From Lachnospiraceae bacterium (GTDB lineage: Bacteria; Bacillota; Clostridia; Lachnospirales; Lachnospiraceae): a stretch of 64,000 nt of DNA. Shown here piece after piece: positions 1 to 7,856 of this stretch. A program made the translations under genes and the position numbers. The DNA lies in assembly GCA_030524525.1 (NCBI GenBank), contig JAUNGI010000002.1:103350-167349 (forward strand). The letters run 5' to 3'. Numbering within the stretch: the first letter of the stretch is position 1; each line of letters opens with the position of its first letter. The notes under the pieces are model-generated. The model ran no database searches, was not told where the DNA came from, and saw only the letters and a list, made by a program, of their open reading frames with translations.

Positions 1-281
1 ACGGCGACGCGCTGTATATCATGGATCAGGTTTCCGACCGCAAGAATATGGAAGAAAACTGGGTGGAGGAAATTTCTTTGAAGGAAGCCATCCGGCGGCT
101 GCCGGAGCGGGAGCACCATATCATCCAAATGCGCTTCTATCAGGGCAAGACCCAGATGGAGGTCGCCGAGGAGATCCACATTTCGCAGGCGCAGGTCTCG
201 CGCTTGGAAAAATCCGCGATCAAGAGCATGCGGAGCTATCTGTCCGACGAAGAGGCGGAGGGGAAGCGGAAGCACGCGTGA
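1..281 (+). CDS. sigG: Sporulation sigma factor, C-terminal part (5' end lies outside the window)
   Basis: The frame is open from the window edge. The region 4 HTH RFYQGKTQMEVAEEIHISQAQVSRLEKSAIK closely matches my recollection of B. subtilis SigG region 4.2. Membership of the sigma-70 family is certain; the SigG assignment is from memory. Confidence 0.75.
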   Translation, partial: GDALYIMDQVSDRKNMEENWVEEISLKEAIRRLPEREHHIIQMRFYQGKTQMEVAEEIHISQAQVSRLEKSAIKSMRSYLSDEEAEGKRKHA

Positions 282-322
282 AAGGTTTTGGGTTATCGTC
301 AACAGAAATCCGATCAAGTTGG

Positions 323-349
323 AGAATGTGTCTTTGGCACATTCTTTTT
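323..349 (+). terminator. Rho-independent terminator after sigG
   Basis: AGAATGTG-tctttgg-CACATTCT forms an 8-bp stem followed by TTTT. Confidence 0.7.
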
Positions 350-403
350 CTATTTTGCCGATTTTTTTTGGCGTTTGGGGTCGTTTTTTCGGCATTGGAG
401 GCA

Positions 404-432
404 TTGACAAAGAAAACTTGCAGCGCTACAAT
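404..432 (+). promoter_or_regulatory. SigA-type promoter of the mrp operon
   Basis: TTGACA (404-409), a 17-bp spacer, then TACAAT (427-432), about 75 nt upstream of mrpE. Confidence 0.65.
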
Positions 433-508
433 AGCGTCGGGTTATTATAGGAATAAAAATAATAGATAATACCGCTCTGAAACGGAAAAGGAGGAGGTAG
501 AGAAAACA

Positions 509-985
509 ATGATAGTTATGTTTCTGCTGCTTTGGATCATTCTGAACGGACGGATAACGCCGGAGGTGCTGCTGGTCGGTCTGGTCATTGCCGTTCCGGT
601 ATACGCTTTCTTTTGCCGCTTTATGGCGTTCAGTCCAAAGAAGGAATGGCAGATCGTCCGGCGGCTGGGTTTTTGCATCCGCTACGTATTTTGTCTGCTT
701 GTGGAGATCGTCAAGGCCAACTTTCAGGTCATGCGGCTGATCCTTTCGTCTCAGGTGGAGGTGGAGCCGAAGCTCGTTTCGTTTCATACGAAGCTGAAGC
801 AGAACGGCAGCAAGGTGGCGCTTGCCAACTCCATTACGCTGACCCCGGGAACGATCACGGTGGAGGTAAAGGACGACCGTTTTTTGGTGCATTGTCTCGA
901 CAAGGACTTGGCGGAGGGAATGGATTCTTCGGTCTTTGTGGAGCTTCTGGAGGCAAACGAACGAAAGGGACGGAGGAAAAAATGA
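509..985 (+). CDS. mrpE: Mrp/Mnh antiporter subunit E
   Basis: 158 aa. The N-terminus LLLWIILNGRITPEVLLVGLVIAVPV is typical of MnhE. An AGGAGGAGG RBS lies upstream, and this is the first gene of a contiguous mrp cluster. Confidence 0.85.
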   Translation: MIVMFLLLWIILNGRITPEVLLVGLVIAVPVYAFFCRFMAFSPKKEWQIVRRLGFCIRYVFCLLVEIVKANFQVMRLILSSQVEVEPKLVSFHTKLKQNGSKVALANSITLTPGTITVEVKDDRFLVHCLDKDLAEGMDSSVFVELLEANERKGRRKK

Positions 986-1296
986 GTATTGATACCGCTT
1001 ATGACTGGCTGTTCTGCGGCGCCATTTTGTTCTTGGCTGTGTGCATGTTTTTGGTACTGATTCGGGCGATCAAGGGACCGGAAATTACCGACCGCATTGT
1101 GGCGACGAATATGCTCGGCACAATGACGATTATGGTGATCTGCATTCTCGCGCTTTGGCTGGAGGAAAGCTACCTGCTGGACGTGGCACTGATTTACGCA
1201 ATGATCAGCTTTTTGGCTGTGGTCGTTCTGACGAAGGTCTATATGGGCGTGCACAGAGAACATAAGGAAAACCGGAAGCGGAAGGGGGAAGCGTGA
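982..1296 (+). CDS. mrpF: Mrp/Mnh antiporter subunit F
   Basis: The internal ATG at 982 of track ORF 532..1296 overlaps the mrpE stop. The 104-aa, 3-TM protein contains IRAIKGPEITDRIVATNMLGT, typical of MnhF. Confidence 0.85.
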   Translation: MSIDTAYDWLFCGAILFLAVCMFLVLIRAIKGPEITDRIVATNMLGTMTIMVICILALWLEESYLLDVALIYAMISFLAVVVLTKVYMGVHREHKENRKRKGEA

Positions 1297-1631
1297 TGGA
1301 GTGGCTGCGTTTTATCCTTGCCGCGATCTTTTTGCTGAGCGGATTGACGACGGCGGCGATCTCGGTATTCGGCGTATATAAGTTTAAGTTTGTCCTGAAC
1401 CGGATGCATGCGGCGGCGTTGTGCGATACGCTGGCGCTGATGCTGGTACTGCTTTCGATGGTGATTTTGTGCGGCTTTCAGTTTGCGACGCTGAAGCTGC
1501 TGCTGATTATTGTATTTCTATGGTTTGCCAGTCCGGTATCGAGTCATCTGCTGGCGCTTTTGGAGGTCACGATCAACGAGCATCTGAAGGATGACTGCGA
1601 CGTGTCGGAAGTGGACGAACTGGAAGATTAA
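1296..1631 (+). CDS. mrpG: Mrp/Mnh antiporter subunit G
   Basis: The start codon overlaps the mrpF stop codon. The sequence FGVYKFKFVLNRMHAAALCDTL and WFASPVSSHLLA is typical of MnhG. Confidence 0.85.
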   Translation: MEWLRFILAAIFLLSGLTTAAISVFGVYKFKFVLNRMHAAALCDTLALMLVLLSMVILCGFQFATLKLLLIIVFLWFASPVSSHLLALLEVTINEHLKDDCDVSEVDELED

Positions 1632-1654
1632 GATTTGCTTTGGAGGGAAACGTG

Positions 1655-1933
1655 ATGACCAAAACGATAATGATGCTTTTGCTGCTGTTTTTGATTGCCT
1701 GCGCGATCGGCGTGAGCTTTACGAAAAACCTGCTTGTGTCCATCGTTATATTTATGTCCTACAGTCTGGTGATGTCGATCATCTGGATCTTTCTGGAATC
1801 GCCCGACTTGGCGATCACGGAAGCGGCGGTAGGAGCCGGAATCACGAGCGTGCTGTTTTTTGTAACGCTGAGGAAGATCAACGCGGTAGAGGAGGAAGAG
1901 GAAGATGAGCAGGATCCGGGAAGATTACAATAA
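1655..1933 (+). CDS. DUF4040 / MbhD-like membrane subunit (equivalent to the C-terminal domain of MrpA)
   Basis: The ATG at 1655 follows a GGAGGG RBS. The ~92-aa, 3-TM protein contains ESPDLAITEAAVGAGITSVLF, as in MrpA-C/MbhD proteins. Confidence 0.7.
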   Translation: MTKTIMMLLLLFLIACAIGVSFTKNLLVSIVIFMSYSLVMSIIWIFLESPDLAITEAAVGAGITSVLFFVTLRKINAVEEEEEDEQDPGRLQ

Positions 1934-2945
1934 AACTGCGGCGTACCGTTTCCGGCATTTTGTGGAGGGCGATCTTCCGGAAACGATAGAGGAGCCGACC
2001 CCCGAGGAGCTGGAGGCGCTCTGCCCGCCGGAGGAGACGCACGGACATGCCGCCGCCGCGTCGGAGAGTGCCGAAGGGCAGCGGCAGGGCACCGGTAAGC
2101 CCCGGAGCCCCTCGGAGCAGTTTGTCGATCTGAAGGAGCGCGACCCGCTCGAAGACGCGAAGCGGTTTGCGGAGATGTCCGGCTTCCGCTGGTTCCGGCG
2201 TATTTACCAGATCGCCGCGATGGTGCTCTGCGTCTGCATTATCGCCATGCTGATCATCACCGTGGGTCATATGCCCATTCACGGCAGCAACGATACGCCG
2301 ACGAGCAACGAGGTCATGGAGCGTTATCTCGAAAAAGGACAGGAGGAGACCGGCGCGCCGAACCTAGTCACCGGCATGATCTTACAGTACCGTGCGTTCG
2401 ATACGTTCGGAGAGACAAACGTCCTGTTTATTTCCACCTGCGTCGTCATGCTGCTTCTGCTGATGAAAAAGAAGGAGGGCAAGACGGAGAAGCCTGCCGA
2501 AAAGGACGGAGAAAGTCGGTACGAGCCGGGCGGGGACATCATTTTGCAGACCGTTGCCCGGGTCGTCGTTCCAATGATCATGGTGTTCGGCTTTTACATT
2601 CTCCTGAACGGGCATCTTTCCCCCGGCGGAGGATTTTCCGGCGGAGCGGTAATGGGAGCGGGACTGATCCTGCACTGCGCCGCGTTCGGCTTTTCGAGGA
2701 CGGCACGTTTCTTTAACGAAAAAGTGTACGATATCATCAAGGTGGGCTCGCTTTGCCTGTATGCGATAATCATTACCTATTATCTGTTTACCGGAGCCAA
2801 CGACATTGCATCCATTGTACCGCTGGGCAAGGTGGGCAATATCATCAGCTCAGGCTTGATCCTGCCGATCAATATTCTCGTGGGACTGGAAGTTGCCTGT
2901 ACCATGTATGCGTTTTACGCGTTCTTTCGGAAAGGAGGCTTCTAG
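1905..2945 (+). CDS. mrpB: MnhB/MrpB-domain membrane subunit with a long hydrophilic N-terminal extension
   Basis: The MnhB core motif PNLVTGMILQYRAFDTFGETNVLF is followed by several TM helices. The first ~95 aa are acidic and Pro-rich. The start is uncertain: 1905 overlaps the upstream gene by 29 nt, and the next in-frame ATG is at 2175. Confidence 0.75.
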   Translation: MSRIREDYNKTAAYRFRHFVEGDLPETIEEPTPEELEALCPPEETHGHAAAASESAEGQRQGTGKPRSPSEQFVDLKERDPLEDAKRFAEMSGFRWFRRIYQIAAMVLCVCIIAMLIITVGHMPIHGSNDTPTSNEVMERYLEKGQEETGAPNLVTGMILQYRAFDTFGETNVLFISTCVVMLLLLMKKKEGKTEKPAEKDGESRYEPGGDIILQTVARVVVPMIMVFGFYILLNGHLSPGGGFSGGAVMGAGLILHCAAFGFSRTARFFNEKVYDIIKVGSLCLYAIIITYYLFTGANDIASIVPLGKVGNIISSGLILPINILVGLEVACTMYAFYAFFRKGGF

Positions 2946-2948
2946 GCT

Positions 2949-3335
2949 TTGGACATTCTCTGGAAAAATTATATTGACGTGGCGGCAATGATCCTGTTTG
3001 GGATCGGGTTCAGCAATCTGCTGCTGCAAAAAAACCTTATCAAAAAGATCATCGGACTGAATATCATGGACACGGCGGTTTATCTGTTTCTTGCGTCCAT
3101 GGGCTATCTGACCGACCGGGCGGCGCCGATCGTGGTGGACGGCGTGACCGACGCCGAGGCGTACATCAACCCGATCCCCAGCGGCCTCGTGCTGACCGGC
3201 ATCGTGGTCTCGGTCAGCGTAACGGCGATCATGCTTTCGCTGACGATCCGCCTGTATCAGCGTTATCGGACGCTGGATCTGGATGAGATCACGATTCTGG
3301 TAAGAAAGGAGCATAACGATGGAATTTATTCGTAA
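2949..3335 (+). CDS. mrpC: Mrp subunit C (NuoK-like)
   Basis: 128 aa with 3 TM helices. LIKKIIGLNIMDTAVYLFLASMGY is NuoK/MnhC-like. The TTG start is uncertain (alternative ATG at 2988). Confidence 0.8.
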   Translation: MDILWKNYIDVAAMILFGIGFSNLLLQKNLIKKIIGLNIMDTAVYLFLASMGYLTDRAAPIVVDGVTDAEAYINPIPSGLVLTGIVVSVSVTAIMLSLTIRLYQRYRTLDLDEITILVRKEHNDGIYS

Positions 3336-4812
3336 TTTTCCTTTTTTCAGCATTCTGCTGCCGATGGTTTCCGGTCCGATCAGCTCCTGCCTGTCCGGAA
3401 AAACGGCGAAGAAGATCAGTCTGACGATCCTGTCCATTGACTGCGTGCTGTCCGCCGCCGTCCTTTGGTACGTGCGGACGCAGGACGGGATGTTCACGTA
3501 TAAGATGGGAAATTATCCGGCGCCCTTCGGCAACGAGATCCGGATCGGCACGCTGGAGGCGTTTATGGCGCTGTTCTTCTGCATCGTCATGCTGCTCTCC
3601 CTGTGGGGCGGTCTGAATCACGTGAAGCAGGACGTGCCGGAAGAGAAGACGAATCTGTACTTTATTCTCATTAACCTGCTGCTTTCGTCGCTGCTGGCGC
3701 TGATCTATACGAACGATTTGTTCACGGCGTATGTGTTCATCGAGATCAACACGATTTCGGCGTGCGGTCTGATCATGGTGCGCGGCTGGGGACGGAACAT
3801 ACTGGCGGCGATCAAGTACATGATCATGAGCCTGCTCGGCTCCGGTTTGGTGCTGATCTCCCTGTCGATCCTCTACGGGATCACCGGTCATCTGTTGATG
3901 GAGAACATCCACGACGCGGCGGTGCAGATCATGGAGCAGCAGACCTATGTCGAGCCGCTGACGGTTGCCATCGGTCTGTTCTGCGTCGGTATCGCCATCA
4001 AGTCGGCGCTCTTTCCGTTTCACGCATGGCTGCCCGACGCGTACAGCTATTCCACCTGTTCGTCAAGCGCGATCCTGTCGAGCTTGGTATCGAAGGGGTA
4101 TATTTTCCTTTTGATCAAATTTTTCTACCGCGTGATCGGAACGGACATTATCCGCCAGACCCACGTGGACAACGTGCTGTTTATTTTCGGAATCGCGGGT
4201 ATGATCGTCGGCTCGCTGAGCGCGATCCAGCAGACCGACGCGGGGCGGATGATCGCCTTTTCCTCGGTGGCGCAGATCGGTTATATTTATATGGGCTTCG
4301 GTCTGAGCACGGAGGCGGGCATGATCGCTTCGGTATTCCACATTTTGTCCCATGCGGCGAGCAAGTCGATGCTCTTTGTTTCCGCCACCGGGCTTTCCGA
4401 GGTGTCCGGCGGCAATACGTTTTATCGTTCGCTGACCGGGGCGGGGTACCGGCATCCGCTGGCGGGCATTGCCTTTTCGGTCGGCTCCTTCTCGATGGTG
4501 GGCATTCCGCTGCTGGCGGGCTTTACGTCCAAGGTCTATTTTGCCGAGGCGGCGTTTACGGCTTCGCGCGGAAAGATGGTGGTCACGCTCATTGCGCTCG
4601 CTATCAGCACCGTTTTGAACGCGATGTATTTCCTACGTCAGGTCATTACGATCTATACGCCTGCCCGCGACGTACCGAGGCCCGAGGGGTACCGCCCAAG
4701 CCGTTCGATGTGCGCGGCGCTGGCGCTGTTTATCGTCATGAATTTTTTGCTTGGAATGTGCAGCCATCCGATCTTTCTCTGGATTCAGGACGGGCTGGCT
4801 AACTTCTCCTAA
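3319..4812 (+). CDS. mrpD: Antiporter-like subunit 1 (MrpD/NuoN family, proton-conducting membrane transporter)
   Basis: 497 aa, polytopic. The motifs KSALFPFHAWLPDAY and SSVAQIGYI are typical of the NuoL/M/N-MrpA/D family. Confidence 0.85.
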   Translation: MEFIRNFPFFSILLPMVSGPISSCLSGKTAKKISLTILSIDCVLSAAVLWYVRTQDGMFTYKMGNYPAPFGNEIRIGTLEAFMALFFCIVMLLSLWGGLNHVKQDVPEEKTNLYFILINLLLSSLLALIYTNDLFTAYVFIEINTISACGLIMVRGWGRNILAAIKYMIMSLLGSGLVLISLSILYGITGHLLMENIHDAAVQIMEQQTYVEPLTVAIGLFCVGIAIKSALFPFHAWLPDAYSYSTCSSSAILSSLVSKGYIFLLIKFFYRVIGTDIIRQTHVDNVLFIFGIAGMIVGSLSAIQQTDAGRMIAFSSVAQIGYIYMGFGLSTEAGMIASVFHILSHAASKSMLFVSATGLSEVSGGNTFYRSLTGAGYRHPLAGIAFSVGSFSMVGIPLLAGFTSKVYFAEAAFTASRGKMVVTLIALAISTVLNAMYFLRQVITIYTPARDVPRPEGYRPSRSMCAALALFIVMNFLLGMCSHPIFLWIQDGLANFS

Positions 4813-4837
4813 ATTATTCAATTAAGGAGGTAACCTC

Positions 4838-6349
4838 ATGCAACAATGGTTTCTTTTGGCGCCGATCCTGCTTCCGCTTTTGGGCGCGCTTGCTCTGCAG
4901 CCGAAGGCAATAAAGGCAAGCCGCGCGCGCGTTCGTCTGGTGACGGGACTGAACGTGTGCCTGACCGCCGTCTGCGGGACTGCGGTTCTGTTTCTGGGAG
5001 ACTGCGAGCTGCTGGTGGGAAATCTGACGGCGTCGCTGCCGATCTATTTCCGGGTGGACGGGCTTTCCCGGTACTTTGCGGCGTTTACGATCCTGATGTG
5101 GGTCTGCTCGACCTGCTTCTCGTTTGAATATATGAATCACAGCAAAGAGGAGAGCCGTTACCAGACCTTTGCGGTGCTTTCGTTCGGCGTGCTGCTGGGC
5201 ATCTGCTTTTCGGGCAATCTGATCACGACCTATCTGCTGTATGAGCTGATGACGCTGGCAACGTTTCCGCTCGTGCTGCACGACCGTACGAAGGAAGCGA
5301 TCGCGGCGGGCTATCAGTATTTGTTCTATTCGATCGCCGGAGCGTTTCTCGGTCTGCTGGGCATCTTTTTCCTGTACACGAACGCGCCTGCGGACGCGGC
5401 TTCCCGGGGCGGCAGTCTGGCGTATGTGGCGGGGGGCTTCCTTGACCCGGATAAGCTTGTGACCGGAAAGCCTGTGCTGTTGGTGTTTTTGTTCCTGATG
5501 CTGGTCGGACTTGGCTCAAAGATCGGCATGTTTCCGCTGCACGGCTGGCTGACCAAGGCGCATCCGGTTGCTCCGGCGCCGGCTTCGGCGCTGCTTTCCG
5601 GAAATATCACCAAGATGGGAATGCTGTTCCTGATCCGTGTCGTTTACTATTCGGCGGGCGCTTCGTTTTTGCGTGGGACTTGGGTGCAGTACGCGCTTCT
5701 GGCGCTGGCGCTTTTGACGGTATTTCTCGGCTCGATGCTTGCGTACAAGGAGCGGATATTCAAAAAGCGGCTGGCGTATTCGACGGTCAGTCAGACGTCC
5801 TATTCGCTGTGCGGCCTGTTTTTGATGCATCCGGTCGCCGTTGTGGGCGCGCTGATGCACGTTTTGTATCATTCCGTTATCAAGAATCTGCTCTTTCTTT
5901 GCGCGGGTTCGGTCATTTATAAAACCGGCAGGACCCGTGTCGAGGAACTCAAGGGGATCGGCAGGACGATGCCCTTTACGATGGTGTGCTTTACGATCGG
6001 CGGGCTGGCGCTCGTGGGCATTCCGCCGACCAGCGCGTTTTTGAGCAAGTGGTATTTGGCGATGGGAGCGCTGGAGAGCGGGATCTCGGTCTACCGGTAT
6101 CTCGTTCCGGTCGTGCTTTTGGTGAGCGCGCTGCTGACCGCCGGATATTTGCTGACGATCACGGCGGACGCGTTCTTTGTGGCACAGCCGGAGGGAACCG
6201 AACGGGAGAACGTCCCCCTCAAAAAACAGGAGCCGGGGGTGCGGATGCTTGCGCCGCTGCTGATTTTGGCTCTGCTGACGCTGCTGTTGGGTCTGTTTCC
6301 GTCTCCGGTCATCGACTTCCTGACGGAATTGGCGTCCGGGCTTTGCTAG
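4838..6349 (+). CDS. Antiporter-like subunit 2 (MrpD/NuoM family)
   Basis: 503 aa with GMFPLHGWLTKAHPVAPAPASALLSG and AYSTVSQTSY motifs. An AAGGAGG RBS lies upstream. Confidence 0.85.
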   Translation: MQQWFLLAPILLPLLGALALQPKAIKASRARVRLVTGLNVCLTAVCGTAVLFLGDCELLVGNLTASLPIYFRVDGLSRYFAAFTILMWVCSTCFSFEYMNHSKEESRYQTFAVLSFGVLLGICFSGNLITTYLLYELMTLATFPLVLHDRTKEAIAAGYQYLFYSIAGAFLGLLGIFFLYTNAPADAASRGGSLAYVAGGFLDPDKLVTGKPVLLVFLFLMLVGLGSKIGMFPLHGWLTKAHPVAPAPASALLSGNITKMGMLFLIRVVYYSAGASFLRGTWVQYALLALALLTVFLGSMLAYKERIFKKRLAYSTVSQTSYSLCGLFLMHPVAVVGALMHVLYHSVIKNLLFLCAGSVIYKTGRTRVEELKGIGRTMPFTMVCFTIGGLALVGIPPTSAFLSKWYLAMGALESGISVYRYLVPVVLLVSALLTAGYLLTITADAFFVAQPEGTERENVPLKKQEPGVRMLAPLLILALLTLLLGLFPSPVIDFLTELASGLC

Positions 6350-6365
6350 GGGGTGTGAGGCAAGA

Positions 6366-7841
6366 ATGAGTGCATATTTTTTACTGATCCCAATTTTATT
6401 TCCGATCCTTGGCGGCGCCTTTGTGGGCGTACGGCATATGCGGGTCCGTCGGCACCGGGAGCTGTTCGTCGGCGTCGTCACGCTGCTGACCTCGCTGATG
6501 GTCTGGTACATGCTTTGGAACCGTCCGGAGTCCGACGCGCTGATTCTCAATCTGGCGGGAAATCTGGCGGTGAAATTTCATGTGGACGGCATGTCCTGCG
6601 TGTTTGCCGGGCTGGTTTCCGTGCTGTGGCCGCTGGCGGCGCTGTATGCGTTTGAGTACATGCGGAAGGAAGGCAAGGAAAACGTCTTCTTTTCCTTTTA
6701 CACGATGACCTACGGCATTACGCTGGGCATTGCGTTTTCCGCCAATCTGATGACCATGTACATGTTTTACGAGATGCTGACGCTCGTCACGATCCCGCTG
6801 GTCATGCACGAGCTCGACCACAAGTCGATCGTGGCAACGCGGAAATATGTGAATTATTCGATCGGCGGCGCGGCGTTTGCGTTTATCGGCTTTATCAGCA
6901 TACTGACGTTCGGCGATACGCTGGACTTTACCTACGGCGGCGTGCTTTCCGCCGAGGCGATCGCGGAAAACGGGAACCTGCTGCAGTTTATTTATGTGCT
7001 GGCGGTTATGGGCTTCGGCGTCAAGGCGGCGCTGTTCCCGTTCCACGGCTGGCTGCCAAGCGCGTCGGTCGCGCCGACTCCGGTGACGGCTCTGCTGCAC
7101 GCGGTGGCGGTGGTCAAGGCGGGAGCCTTTGCGATCATCCGGATCACCTATTACTGCTTCGGCGCGGATTTCCTGCGCGGAACGACGGCGCAGTACGTCG
7201 TGCTTGGACTGGCGGCGTTCACGATCGTCTACGGCTCCGCAAAGGCGCTCAAGGAGCAGCACTGCAAGCGGCGGCTGGCGTATTCCACGGTCAGCAACCT
7301 GTCTTACATTATTTTTTCCGCGGCGCTGATGACGCCTGCGGGACTCGTGGGAGGACTGGCGCACATGATCTTCCACGGCATCATGAAGATCACGCTGTTC
7401 TTCTGCATCGGCGCGGTCATGATCAAGACCGGACGAAAATATTTGTGGGAGATGGAGGGGCTTGCGAAGCGCATGCCGTTTCTGTTCACCGTCTATACGA
7501 TCGCCGGACTGGCGCTCGTGGGCATTCCGCCCCTGACCGGCTTTGTGAGCAAGTGGTACATCGCCACGGCGGCGGTGGCGGAGGGCTCGGTCATGGCAAA
7601 GGTGGGACTGGCGGCGCTGATGGTCAGCGCGCTTTTGACCGCCATGTATATTTTGCAGGTGGCTGTCCGCGCATGGCTCCCGTCAAAGGATTTTCAGCCG
7701 GAGAGCGTGCGGAGTCTGGAAGTACCGGGGAACTATATGCGGATCCCGCTGGGGATTCTCTGCGGACTGATCGTTGTTTTGGGCGTACATTCCCAGCCGC
7801 TGATTGATTTTCTGACGAAGATCGCTTCGGGCGTTTTGTAA
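6366..7841 (+). CDS. Antiporter-like subunit 3 (MrpD/NuoM family)
   Basis: 491 aa with ALFPFHGWLPSASVAPTPVTALLHAV and AYSTVSNLSY motifs. It is a paralogue of the preceding gene. Confidence 0.85.
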   Translation: MSAYFLLIPILFPILGGAFVGVRHMRVRRHRELFVGVVTLLTSLMVWYMLWNRPESDALILNLAGNLAVKFHVDGMSCVFAGLVSVLWPLAALYAFEYMRKEGKENVFFSFYTMTYGITLGIAFSANLMTMYMFYEMLTLVTIPLVMHELDHKSIVATRKYVNYSIGGAAFAFIGFISILTFGDTLDFTYGGVLSAEAIAENGNLLQFIYVLAVMGFGVKAALFPFHGWLPSASVAPTPVTALLHAVAVVKAGAFAIIRITYYCFGADFLRGTTAQYVVLGLAAFTIVYGSAKALKEQHCKRRLAYSTVSNLSYIIFSAALMTPAGLVGGLAHMIFHGIMKITLFFCIGAVMIKTGRKYLWEMEGLAKRMPFLFTVYTIAGLALVGIPPLTGFVSKWYIATAAVAEGSVMAKVGLAALMVSALLTAMYILQVAVRAWLPSKDFQPESVRSLEVPGNYMRIPLGILCGLIVVLGVHSQPLIDFLTKIASGVL

Positions 7842-7856
7842 AGGAGGGAGAAGTTC

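Noticed and set aside
278-469. 63-aa ORF between sigG and mrpE
   Set aside because: It spans the sigG terminator and the mrp promoter, has no RBS, and its product is a hydrophobic, low-complexity string.
532-981. N-terminal 150 aa of track ORF 532..1296 (254 aa)
   Set aside because: This part is an alternative frame of mrpE (Gly/Arg/Ala-rich). Only the last 104 codons from the ATG at 982 look like MrpF and begin at the mrpE stop.
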